Shown: positions 35,870 to 45,426 of the stretch, in pieces
Position numbering within the stretch: position 1 is the stretch's first letter
How the letters are laid out: every line of letters begins with the position of its first letter
Source: a virus
Length of the DNA: 64,000 bases
IMG/VR virus record: IMGVR_UViG_3300018426_001942
Coordinates: 64,001-128,000 of that record
Reading direction: 5' to 3' (one strand)
Position numbers and translations under genes: made by a program
The notes under the pieces: generated by a model
Told to the model about the DNA's origin: nothing
The model's input: the letters and a program-made list of their open reading frames with translations, nothing else
The model's database searches: none

Positions 35870-35898
35870 ATTATACTACTTTTTTAAGAACTAGTCAA
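35870..35898 (-). promoter_or_regulatory. sigma70 promoter (probably leaderless transcript)
   Basis: Minus strand TTGACT (35898-35893), N17, TATAAT (35875-35870); ATG begins 6 nt downstream. Confidence 0.8.
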
Positions 35899-37020
35899 GA
35901 AATATTCTTCTGTAGATTTTACAATATTTCTTGTAATTTCATGCTTAAAATTTATGTTGCTATATACTTGTGCGTTCTTTTTTAAGATAGGTTCCCAACT
36001 TTTTAATAATGGATATCTTTCCTGAGGTGTTAGATGATACCAATATTCTAATGTATCATGGAATTCAGAGAATCTTACATTGTGATCTTTTTTGCTATCA
36101 TAAGTTGTATCTAATCCAGGAAATCTTAAATTGATGCCTATATTATCAAAATAATCTAGTATTCCAGGTTGTCCTAATATTATACACGGGTGTCCAATAG
36201 CAATACATCTAAATGTTTTTTCAGTAATGAACAAACCAGGTTCTTCAAAAAACGTTTCTGTAACAATACTGAGCTGACTTGCATTGTAAATGTCTCTATT
36301 TGTTACATTACCCAAGCCGCCAACTTTATTATCTACATCTACTTTGTATCCATACCCTGATATTAAGTTGTCTTTTACAAAGTTTATAATGTTTTTTTCA
36401 CACCATTCTATGTGTTGCTTTCTGTGAGGTCGATCTGTTCTATTAAGACTATTTAACTTTGCTATGCTACTATGGTTGCGTAGAACTTTTTCTATGCATA
36501 AAGGCTTATCTGAATTGTAGGCTTCTTTAGCGTCCCATTCTATGCCGCCTTGTATTTCTAACTTAGGATAAACATTTGCATTTTTACACCATACTAGATA
36601 TTCGTCATTTAATTTTAAATTACCACTTACAATCAAAACACTTCCATTTGGCAAATTCCTTTGTTCCATATCATGATGTAATGCCTTAAATGAATTCCAA
36701 TTTTTATTAATATACGAATCACCTTCTACAATACTTATAATTGCAATTCTACATTTCCCTTGTTGTACAAGATGTATTACTTCAATAGGAATATTTATTA
36801 GTGTATTAAAGCCATCAATATCTGATACATCGCCAGTCCATTGATGCGATAGTTTAGAAACTTCGATAGGAAAAATACATTCAGTACTTGGCTTGCCGAA
36901 GCCAATTCCTAGTTCAGGTATTTTATATCTTTCAATAAAGTCCTTATACTTTCGTACTTCTTTTATTTGAGGCACATGATCTAGATTCAATCTGTCTGGT
37001 CTTATAAATTGAAACTTCAT
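35884..37020 (-). CDS. putative GT-B glycosyltransferase (ITEK family)
   Basis: SLNR..R.HR; IVTET...FITEKTF..I...HP.II.G. Confidence 0.55.
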   Translation of the reverse strand: MKFQFIRPDRLNLDHVPQIKEVRKYKDFIERYKIPELGIGFGKPSTECIFPIEVSKLSHQWTGDVSDIDGFNTLINIPIEVIHLVQQGKCRIAIISIVEGDSYINKNWNSFKALHHDMEQRNLPNGSVLIVSGNLKLNDEYLVWCKNANVYPKLEIQGGIEWDAKEAYNSDKPLCIEKVLRNHSSIAKLNSLNRTDRPHRKQHIEWCEKNIINFVKDNLISGYGYKVDVDNKVGGLGNVTNRDIYNASQLSIVTETFFEEPGLFITEKTFRCIAIGHPCIILGQPGILDYFDNIGINLRFPGLDTTYDSKKDHNVRFSEFHDTLEYWYHLTPQERYPLLKSWEPILKKNAQVYSNINFKHEITRNIVKSTEEYFLTSS

Positions 37021-37613
37021 TATATACCTCTTGTAAGTATTACACCGTTATTACCACTGTATGCTATGTTATAACCATGTATTACCGCATAAGGTATTAC
37101 AGGCCCATTTTTACCAAAGTATACTCCTGCACTTTTGTTGTATGGTGTATCGTCACATATAATTAAACTTTGATCGTGCATGTATGGCATACAATTAATC
37201 ATCTGTTCAAGATGCTCACGTTGGCAATCAAAATTTGACATCTTAACACCCATAGCATTATATTCGTCTATTAGTTTTTGTTCCGCAGGACGTATATTGT
37301 CCATAGTGCTTATCCAATCATAATTATCAAGATACAAAATCTTAATTTGTTTTTTTAATTTAGGTAATTCCTTTTTTGTCCATTCGGCTCCAGAATTTGT
37401 AATAACAAAAGTAGTGTGTTTTAGATGGCTTAATGTTCTAGATGCAAAATCTGTTACATCGACTGAATAAAAATCTACCCAATGATCGTTTGCTACAGAA
37501 TTAAACCATTCTGTGGACCCTTCGCCTCGCTCGCTTCCTATTTCTAATATAATAGACGAGTTAACTTTTAGTTTATCTACAAAAGGTTTTGCATACAAAT
37601 GAAAATTAGCCAT
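37020..37613 (-). CDS. class I SAM-dependent methyltransferase
   Basis: ILEIGSERGEGST, YSVD, LYLD, IICDD. Confidence 0.72.
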   Translation of the reverse strand: MANFHLYAKPFVDKLKVNSSIILEIGSERGEGSTEWFNSVANDHWVDFYSVDVTDFASRTLSHLKHTTFVITNSGAEWTKKELPKLKKQIKILYLDNYDWISTMDNIRPAEQKLIDEYNAMGVKMSNFDCQREHLEQMINCMPYMHDQSLIICDDTPYNKSAGVYFGKNGPVIPYAVIHGYNIAYSGNNGVILTRGI

Positions 37614-38721
37614 TTTGCTTCTCTATAAGTAGATTATAATTATATTCAGTGCGTTCTTTTAATTCGCTAATGAGCTTTTGATATTCCTCGGATGGTAGAT
37701 TACAAATTCTGCTTATTTCATCAACAATCATACTAAGTCTAACTTTGTTATCAATTTGTGTATTATAACTTTCATCTATTAAAGGGTCAAATGTTTTAAA
37801 CCCTAAAGCACGTAAATCGTTTAACATATATGGTGTACTAAATGCAATAAAAGGTTTCTTACATGCTATTGCCTTGTAAGTTTTTTCAGTTATACTAGTA
37901 GGAGCAAATGATCGGTCGTACTTATCATGATTTGTATAGTAAGTTTGATCGTAATGTGTTTCAATTACAATATGAAAATCTGTAGATAAAATTGTATCAT
38001 AAGTGATGTTAGACCACTTGTTTAAAACGCTTCCACTTTCTTGTAGCTCATGCGGACATTCTTTAAGCCACCTAAACATTGGTTTAGTAATTTCAAATCC
38101 TAACTTTTTAACATCTTCTTCAATTTGATAAACTTTAAATACTTTAGGTGGATTTTGATAGGGCCAAATATTAAAGAAACTGTATTTAAAATGTTCTTGT
38201 AATAAATTAGCATCAAGTAACTGAAGATATAAAGCGGCACGCCAATCTCTATAATTGCGACTAAGACTACTGAATTTGTGTGTTATTTTTGCTTCATGCG
38301 ATTCAGGTATACTAACTTCTTTTAACAAATAGTTATCAACTACAATATTACAATCTCTACCATATTGTGCTAGATAAGCATGCAAAAACCTTTTGTGGTT
38401 TTCATCCATTACGATAACTTTAATATCGTTAAAGCCTAGGCTGTTTTCACAAATAGCATCTTTGAGATCTGTCGCAAACTCTATACTAAATGTTTCACTA
38501 TCATTTTCATGAACTAGATATACATTTTTATTTTCTTTAATATGTTTCCAATTTACATCATTGACAGCGTCTTTTAAAGGTACATTGTGCATCAGCTTAT
38601 CATACGGATGATGATAATAAATTACATTGTCGCTTGTTAAGTCAACTTTTGATAAATCTTCTACATTTGAAAATTCTAGATCATGTGACCACTTTTTACC
38701 CGTTTTGCTGTATATTAGCAT
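37606..38721 (-). CDS. putative GT-B glycosyltransferase (ITEK family)
   Basis: SLSRNYRDWR; IVIET...ITEKTYKAI...PFI...GFKTF...DESY. Confidence 0.55.
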   Translation of the reverse strand: MLIYSKTGKKWSHDLEFSNVEDLSKVDLTSDNVIYYHHPYDKLMHNVPLKDAVNDVNWKHIKENKNVYLVHENDSETFSIEFATDLKDAICENSLGFNDIKVIVMDENHKRFLHAYLAQYGRDCNIVVDNYLLKEVSIPESHEAKITHKFSSLSRNYRDWRAALYLQLLDANLLQEHFKYSFFNIWPYQNPPKVFKVYQIEEDVKKLGFEITKPMFRWLKECPHELQESGSVLNKWSNITYDTILSTDFHIVIETHYDQTYYTNHDKYDRSFAPTSITEKTYKAIACKKPFIAFSTPYMLNDLRALGFKTFDPLIDESYNTQIDNKVRLSMIVDEISRICNLPSEEYQKLISELKERTEYNYNLLIEKQNG

Positions 38722-39673
38722 TTACTTGTTCCTTTATCCAGGCATAGGTATGCTTTAGTCCATACTCTAAGTCTTCATCAGGTCTCCAACCTAAAAGTTC
38801 TTCAATTAATTTATTATGACTAGTTCGACCCATAACACCTACAGGTCCGTCAACATTGTTTATTTCTAATGTATTCTTACCTGCTATTTGTGCAATTAAT
38901 TGGGCTAAGTCGTTTATTGATATCATTCTTTCGCTACCAAGGTTAACTGGTTGATCGATATCACTTGCCATAATTTTTTGAAGTCCTTTGATACACTCTT
39001 CAATATATAAAAAACTACGTGTTTGGTTACCTGGTCCCCATATATCTACTTTTCCGTTACTTTCTGCAACTTTACGACAGAGTGCCGCTGGTGCTTTTTC
39101 TTTGCCGTCATTCCAACTACCGTATGGGCCAAAGACATTGTGTAATCTTACAACCTTTGCATCTATATTGTAATTTTTTCTATGTGTTAAATACAAACGT
39201 TCACTAAACAGTTTTTCCCAGCCATATTCTGTATCTGGTTCTGCAGGATATGCACTTACTTCTTCGCAATAAGGATTATCCGGATCTAATTGATTACGTT
39301 CCGGATACACACATGCACTACTTGTGTACAAAATCTTCTTGATACCTTTTTTAGTTGCTTCGTGTAGTACGTTTAAATTTATTAATGCACTATTATGCAT
39401 TATATCGCTATCATGCTCACCTATTCCAATATATCCTGTGCCGCCCATATCTGCTGCAAGCTGATATATTTCATCTAAATCATTTCTGACAACTCCTGCT
39501 ACAAAATCAGGATTGCGCAAATCTACTTGATAGAATTCTTGTGCCCTTGTAGGTTCAAATGCAGGTTGTTTTATATCTGCACCTATCACATAATTTCCTT
39601 GCTCGACTAGTTCGTTAACTAGATGATGCCCTATGAAGCCGCCGGCTCCGCATACTAATATTTTCTTTTTCAT
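38696..39673 (-). CDS. NAD-dependent nucleotide-sugar epimerase (GDP-mannose 3,5-epimerase-like)
   Basis: GAGGFIG, QLAADMGG, SSACVYPE, YGWEK, EKAPAALCRK; probable start 39673. Confidence 0.88.
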   Translation of the reverse strand: MKKKILVCGAGGFIGHHLVNELVEQGNYVIGADIKQPAFEPTRAQEFYQVDLRNPDFVAGVVRNDLDEIYQLAADMGGTGYIGIGEHDSDIMHNSALINLNVLHEATKKGIKKILYTSSACVYPERNQLDPDNPYCEEVSAYPAEPDTEYGWEKLFSERLYLTHRKNYNIDAKVVRLHNVFGPYGSWNDGKEKAPAALCRKVAESNGKVDIWGPGNQTRSFLYIEECIKGLQKIMASDIDQPVNLGSERMISINDLAQLIAQIAGKNTLEINNVDGPVGVMGRTSHNKLIEELLGWRPDEDLEYGLKHTYAWIKEQVNANIQQNG

Positions 39674-39674
39674 C

Positions 39675-40949
39675 TTAATTCCCATATTTTTCTGTTATTA
39701 AATCTAATTCAACATCAGGTAATGTTTTTAAATGTTGAAAATTATATTCAACAATTCCTGCTACTTCTTCAGTAAATTTTATCTTACGTTCGTCCGACCA
39801 ATTTGATATTGAGTTTACAATATCACAAATTTGTTTTATGCGTTCTACTGGATCAGCAACAGTATCATAATCTTCTGACCACCAGTGATCAAAAGTTTTG
39901 AATCCCATGTCTTTTATATGTTGTAAACTTCCTTTTGCACCCATCATTATAAATGGTTGCTTATAAGCAATAGGCTTATAAGTTTTTTCTGTAATGTGTA
40001 TTTCATCAGTAAAGAAAAAAGTTTCGCTAATAATATTTATTAGGCTATTTTTAAAATAATGCTCTATTGATTCCTCAGTTGACTCCATAGGATAACTGTT
40101 AAAGTTAGGATTATCTAGCACTAACGGAAGTTTATTTTTACTAGGTAAAATATCATCTTTAGTAATATCTAAATTAGGATAACGTTTTATAAGATAATCA
40201 ACATTACTTTCGAATGATCTTCCAGACTCTGGTTGCTTGCTATCCATGCTCATATAAAATTTGTCAAGTAGTTTTAGTTTAAACATTTTAATAAAAAATG
40301 TAAGTCTGTGATCACTATACCTACGCTGAAAACATAAGAAATCTTTCTCTCTTGGTCCAATAATATACGGATCTTGTTTGAGTAGTGTTTGCTCCACGTT
40401 TGTTCTATGTATTTTAAATGTAGGAAAATATTCTACATTAATCTTAGGACCTGGTTTATTTTCTGCCCACTTATTATACAGCTCTTGTCCGTTAGCACAA
40501 TTTGTAAAATAAACAACCTTGTCTAAAGGTATTTCGTAATGATTAAAAAATTGTGTCATTACTTCCCAGTGCCTATGAGTTACCCAACCTTCAAATGGAA
40601 TGGTAACAAGTATGTATCCGTTACCATTCTGTATTTGGTCTCTAATTAACGAACTAGGCGGATTATTAACAAATGGTCCGTCAGTAGTACTAAAAAGTTT
40701 TGTCCAATCTCTATAATAATACGATGTGAAATTTAATTCGTAAAAGTATTTTTTGTCTTGTGGGATTTTAAATGCAGAAATAATTTCTCTATTTTTAAAT
40801 GACTGAAACACTACTGGTGCTTGTACATCATCATCTACGTGTCCTTCATTCATAGCATAATTTATGTCTGCTAGTGTAGGTACTCTATTGTTAGTTATTG
40901 GCCATTTAGGTCCGCACCATTTGTATGCAAAACTTAAAATTTTAGACAT
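39675..40949 (-). CDS. putative GT-B glycosyltransferase (ITEK family)
   Basis: FLCFQRRYSDHR; IISET...ITEKTYKPI...PFI...GFKTF...EDYD. Confidence 0.55.
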   Translation of the reverse strand: MSKILSFAYKWCGPKWPITNNRVPTLADINYAMNEGHVDDDVQAPVVFQSFKNREIISAFKIPQDKKYFYELNFTSYYYRDWTKLFSTTDGPFVNNPPSSLIRDQIQNGNGYILVTIPFEGWVTHRHWEVMTQFFNHYEIPLDKVVYFTNCANGQELYNKWAENKPGPKINVEYFPTFKIHRTNVEQTLLKQDPYIIGPREKDFLCFQRRYSDHRLTFFIKMFKLKLLDKFYMSMDSKQPESGRSFESNVDYLIKRYPNLDITKDDILPSKNKLPLVLDNPNFNSYPMESTEESIEHYFKNSLINIISETFFFTDEIHITEKTYKPIAYKQPFIMMGAKGSLQHIKDMGFKTFDHWWSEDYDTVADPVERIKQICDIVNSISNWSDERKIKFTEEVAGIVEYNFQHLKTLPDVELDLITEKYGN

Positions 40950-42318
40950 TACTACAATCCTTATAAAAGTTTTCTAACTCAGGAAATGTTTCAACTAAGT
41001 TAGTATCTCTACGTTTGTCATATTCAGAAAACCAAGAATAAAAATTACGTTTGCCTTTGATAATTGTTTCTTCATCATAATTTGTATTTCTCATGTAGTC
41101 TACAACCCGTCTAAATCTTTCATATTCTAAAGAACTAAATTTTGTACGGTCTTTGTCATTTACGTTTGACTCTATAAAGTTTAAGTGGTCTTCCATATAT
41201 GGCATAAACTTTTCTTTAGGCAAAATATTCATATCAAATTGTAAAGGTTCTTTTAGATACGGTGTATCAAATCTAACACGTTGCCACTGTGTTTCATTTG
41301 TATCAGTATTGTACTTTTGTCGCCATTCTAAAATCTTTACTAGTAGCAAACTAAAACTAGTAACAGCAAACAAATTAAATGTTACCATAAACGTTACAGG
41401 CCAACCTGTACTACTTAGGTAATAATCTAAATTCTTTTCCCAAAGCTCAATGTCAAGTCCGGTACGAGTATATTCTGCACGTGGTCCCCAGGTGTCAATA
41501 CTAGTATATAACTTAAAACTATTAATACAGTTTTTTGCCTTAAGATCTTTAACACGCTCTACAAGTCTATAAACCATTGCAGGCTTTACGCCCATATTAC
41601 TGTTAAGTTCTATATTAAGATGAGGTTTAGGATTTTCTTCTAATTCGTCAAACAATCGCCATGTACTCTTATGCATGAGCGGCTCACCGCCTGTAACACG
41701 CAATATGTTTAGTGTTTTACTAACTTCAGGCCACCACTTCCACCATGCATCTACATACGGATTAGTTTCTTCTTCATATAATTCAAACCAGTCAATGTCA
41801 TTTCTGTGTTCTGTGCTGTCGCTGTATGGGCCGTAATGTTTTATTTCATTATAGTATCTACTACTAAATTTTGGATGGCAATAACCGCATTTAAAATTAC
41901 ATTCATTACTAAAGTTTACTTCTATATATTCTGGATTAATATCGTAATCCCAAGGATTGCTTTTTATTTCTTCTATCCTTTCAGGAGTATAAATGCTTGT
42001 AGTCTTGATATGTCTGTCACTTACATAGTCCTTGCCCATACATTCTATATTCCAGCAATATTGACAGCCACTGGGCTTGCCTCCATTTAGCATTGCTAAC
42101 CGTTCTTGTTTTTTCTGTGGAGTATTATGTAACTGGCTCGGATTTTCATCTAACCCTTCGAGTGGAATTTTATGAGGTGCAGGATGGTAGCAACTATGTG
42201 TCTCGCCTGTTTGTAAATAAATTGTAACATGATGCCATTTTGCTAGACAAAAAGTAGGCGAGGTTTCTCTTTCTACTTTAGGCATAATTTCTTTAATCCT
42301 GATTAGCTCAGTATTCAT
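40942..42318 (-). CDS. radical SAM enzyme with N-terminal Cys/His cluster domain
   Basis: FCLAKW...HSCYH...CQYC; CNFKCGYC; TGGEP. Confidence 0.88.
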   Translation of the reverse strand: MNTELIRIKEIMPKVERETSPTFCLAKWHHVTIYLQTGETHSCYHPAPHKIPLEGLDENPSQLHNTPQKKQERLAMLNGGKPSGCQYCWNIECMGKDYVSDRHIKTTSIYTPERIEEIKSNPWDYDINPEYIEVNFSNECNFKCGYCHPKFSSRYYNEIKHYGPYSDSTEHRNDIDWFELYEEETNPYVDAWWKWWPEVSKTLNILRVTGGEPLMHKSTWRLFDELEENPKPHLNIELNSNMGVKPAMVYRLVERVKDLKAKNCINSFKLYTSIDTWGPRAEYTRTGLDIELWEKNLDYYLSSTGWPVTFMVTFNLFAVTSFSLLLVKILEWRQKYNTDTNETQWQRVRFDTPYLKEPLQFDMNILPKEKFMPYMEDHLNFIESNVNDKDRTKFSSLEYERFRRVVDYMRNTNYDEETIIKGKRNFYSWFSEYDKRRDTNLVETFPELENFYKDCSNV

Positions 42319-43205
42319 CTTTTCTTAATTATCCTCGGTGTGTTTTGATACACACTTTTAAAAAATCTACTACCTTGTGCATCTAGGTCTGATATTTCTA
42401 AATCTAATTCATTACGCAAATTATTACCGTACTTAAAACTTTCAGATTTAACATCAAGTTCACTTACTTTTTCTTCTTTCCAATAATTTGTTAGGTATTT
42501 AAAATCTCTTACATTAGTATAGTCCCAATCTGTACACATTGTCATGTAACAGCCCATTCTTGCACCAAGTATACTCCAATCTCCATACTCTACATCTGCT
42601 CCAACAGTACACCATATACGCAATCTATCTAAGTTTTGCCACCAAACTTTTTTTATGTCAGTTGCTTTGGCACCTTCGTTAAGGCTCATTTTAACGCCTT
42701 CGCGAAATCCTGCTCTCCAAGCCTGAAATGGAGACCCGTTTGTATAACTTACTGAATAATTATCATTAAATTGATAATATTTTTCGTCAAAACAAAACTC
42801 TACAAGTCCTTTCGTATCGTCTGGATTTGAATTTTCATGTGTTTTCATATTATGGACGAACTTACGAGTCCACATTTTTAATCCACCATTGCCGTACATA
42901 AGTCCGTTAACGTGAACTTTGCCACACCAACTAAAAACATAGTCTTCAGTGACGCCTAACTTTTCTAAATCAATTTCTTGCTGTAAAAATTCAGTGTCTA
43001 TTATGTTGTCACCGTCAACTGTGACAAAATATTCTGTTTCACTTAGATCTGCACATGCCTTGTGTGCGGCATCTGATCCGTCTACACCATGAACACGCTT
43101 TGCCCAAGGCAACTTGTTACACAAGTCTGCATAGTTTTTTTCAGCATTTGGTTCGTCATAAGATAAAAAGATAATATCTTGATCAATGACTTTGATTTTA
43201 CTCAT
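42315..43205 (-). CDS. glycosyltransferase-like protein (GT-A), paralogue of the C-terminal domain of 34187-35863
   Basis: FLSYDEPNA, AHKACA, VTVDGDN, YGNGGLK, AWRAGFREG. Confidence 0.7.
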   Translation of the reverse strand: MSKIKVIDQDIIFLSYDEPNAEKNYADLCNKLPWAKRVHGVDGSDAAHKACADLSETEYFVTVDGDNIIDTEFLQQEIDLEKLGVTEDYVFSWCGKVHVNGLMYGNGGLKMWTRKFVHNMKTHENSNPDDTKGLVEFCFDEKYYQFNDNYSVSYTNGSPFQAWRAGFREGVKMSLNEGAKATDIKKVWWQNLDRLRIWCTVGADVEYGDWSILGARMGCYMTMCTDWDYTNVRDFKYLTNYWKEEKVSELDVKSESFKYGNNLRNELDLEISDLDAQGSRFFKSVYQNTPRIIKKR

Positions 43206-43773
43206 TTACTACCTCGCAAGAATACTTCTGAAACCTTCTATTAGTATATACACTAAAATCTTCAAGATTAAACTGAGTCTGGCTGTTAAACTCGAGTTCA
43301 TTATCGATTAAATGCTCTACTGTAGTGGTAAAATATTCGTGCAAGATATTCGGATTATTCTTCTGCGTAACAGAAAACCTTAAATTTTGATTTATTCTTT
43401 CTTTTTTATCTTCTAGTTCTAGTTTTGCCTCGTCTGATAAAGAAATATTCCACAAATTTTGTTTTGTTTTGTATTTTACTATAACTTGAGCATTATTTGT
43501 TGGAATAATTTTATACACATTATCATTAACATCTGACTCAATTTTCTTATTCTTAGATACAATTACATAAGATGATGTTCCGACATCATAAACAACTTTG
43601 TGCGTTGTTATACTTTTGTTGCCGTCTAGAAAATCACGTATATCTTCAATTTGTGCCGGGAAAGAGCTCTCAAATTCCTGTTCTATGTTAGATATAGATT
43701 TAATATCTCCTGTATCTTTATCAAAATATACCTTATGTTTGATTTCAAATTTAGGTGTCTGTAGTACAATCAT
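43198..43773 (-). CDS. hypothetical protein
   Basis: 191-aa ORF overlapping both neighbours. Confidence 0.7.
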   Translation of the reverse strand: MIVLQTPKFEIKHKVYFDKDTGDIKSISNIEQEFESSFPAQIEDIRDFLDGNKSITTHKVVYDVGTSSYVIVSKNKKIESDVNDNVYKIIPTNNAQVIVKYKTKQNLWNISLSDEAKLELEDKKERINQNLRFSVTQKNNPNILHEYFTTTVEHLIDNELEFNSQTQFNLEDFSVYTNRRFQKYSCEVVNE

Positions 43774-44606
43774 ATATCTAACCTCTTTTCTAGTATACTC
43801 AAAATGTCATCTGTTAAGAAACTATCTTCAGTGTAATGGAAAATACCAGTTTGCTTGTAATTACCAATAAAAAGTTCTGCTTGATTTGTAAAATATGAGC
43901 CAACTTTCGTTTGCCAACTCTCACGAATATCATTCCAGCCTTGTATGTTTGCTTTCATGTGTGTAAATGAAGGATTAGGTAAATTAGGATTAGTAACTTT
44001 TGACTTACAGTCAAGCATATCTACAGTCATTGCTGCCGTTAAATCCATACTTGCAAAATTTTGTATTAATTTATCGCCCTTAACCTTATAAAAATCCTGC
44101 CAATTGTTAGTAATAGTATCTAACCATTTGTAAAATTCAAGTGCAAAATCACTTTTCTTAAAATAATGGAAACCCATGTACACATCAGGTAAATGTAACT
44201 TTTTAAAATTACGTCTATAAAATGTATCTGTAACTCTTTCACCTCTGTAATCATAAACTGTTGACGTTAGAAACATATCATAAGGTTGTAAAATTTCCAT
44301 CCAACTTGTAATATCGTCTAACACTAACATGTCTGTGTCTAACACTATTGCATCATCATAAGGAGATATAAAGTAAGTTTTCCATCTATTGTGTATTTTC
44401 CAATCATACTTGTTTGCTAAGTCGCCCCATGGTATTTCAATAATGTTATCAAACAGGTCTTTGTATTTTTCAGGCACAACATTATCGGTTAGAATACTAA
44501 TTTTAGAATTAGGAGTAGTGTTGTGTATGCTCATAGCAAGAGCACATGCTTGCTGCACGTAATCAACATGTTCAGTATTTTGTGCAACTAGAATAAAATT
44601 AGGCAT
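43770..44606 (-). CDS. GT-A glycosyltransferase (GT8-like)
   Basis: YVQQACALAMSI, SPYDDAIVLDTD (DxD), FTHMK, FHY. Confidence 0.75.
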   Translation of the reverse strand: MPNFILVAQNTEHVDYVQQACALAMSIHNTTPNSKISILTDNVVPEKYKDLFDNIIEIPWGDLANKYDWKIHNRWKTYFISPYDDAIVLDTDMLVLDDITSWMEILQPYDMFLTSTVYDYRGERVTDTFYRRNFKKLHLPDVYMGFHYFKKSDFALEFYKWLDTITNNWQDFYKVKGDKLIQNFASMDLTAAMTVDMLDCKSKVTNPNLPNPSFTHMKANIQGWNDIRESWQTKVGSYFTNQAELFIGNYKQTGIFHYTEDSFLTDDILSILEKRLDI

Positions 44607-45426
44607 CTATTATTTCCTCTAATGCATATTTGTTCATTACATGCACACTATTTCCTAAAAACTTACAAGGAATAAATTGATCAATAGTATTTTCTTTTTG
44701 TAGTAAGAACGTAAATTTATCATCTTGAATACTGTGAACTAAATCTCTATCCGCCGTAAAAAACAATTTACCCGGCATTGACTTTGCAAAATTTCCTTGC
44801 TTAAAATTGTTCATTATATGAATTGCAATACTAAAAGCATAATCGTTTCTATAAGTTGTGGAGACAATATTATAAACATTTCTATAGTGTCTATAATTTT
44901 CCTGTATATGCTTTAATAAATTAAAAAAAGTTCTATTTAATTCTGTTTTTCTAAAAAATACACAAGTAGCCCAATAAAAATCTACACTTGTTTCACTTAT
45001 AAATTTAAATTCACTTGTATCTCTTGATGCTAGATCAATAGCATCTTTGTAAATTAAAAAGTCATAGGCACTATCATAAGCATTTTTTAATATGCTATCT
45101 GCAATAACATAATCACTATCTAGTACTATAGTTTCATCATACGGACTAAGATCAAAAGCAAGTACCCTATCATCATTTTTGAAATCTAAAACTTTGTGTG
45201 TCTTTGCACTATTGTAAAAATATTTCTTGCTGGACTCAACTGTGATATCATTTATAATAATTTTATCAAATACATCTTTATACCTGTCATTAATGCTCTG
45301 TTTATCTGTAACTATAGAAACAGGAATAGACAAATATTGTTCAGCACGTTTTGCAAGAAAAGCTGCTTGCTTTACATAATCAATTTCACTGTTATTATGT
45401 GCAAAAACAAGAATACCTTTACTCAT
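44599..45426 (-). CDS. GT-A glycosyltransferase (GT8-like), paralogue of the downstream gene
   Basis: DYVKQA, SPYDETIVLDSD (DxD), RNDYAFSIA, HVMNK; probable start 45426. Confidence 0.75.
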   Translation of the reverse strand: MSKGILVFAHNNSEIDYVKQAAFLAKRAEQYLSIPVSIVTDKQSINDRYKDVFDKIIINDITVESSKKYFYNSAKTHKVLDFKNDDRVLAFDLSPYDETIVLDSDYVIADSILKNAYDSAYDFLIYKDAIDLASRDTSEFKFISETSVDFYWATCVFFRKTELNRTFFNLLKHIQENYRHYRNVYNIVSTTYRNDYAFSIAIHIMNNFKQGNFAKSMPGKLFFTADRDLVHSIQDDKFTFLLQKENTIDQFIPCKFLGNSVHVMNKYALEEIIDA

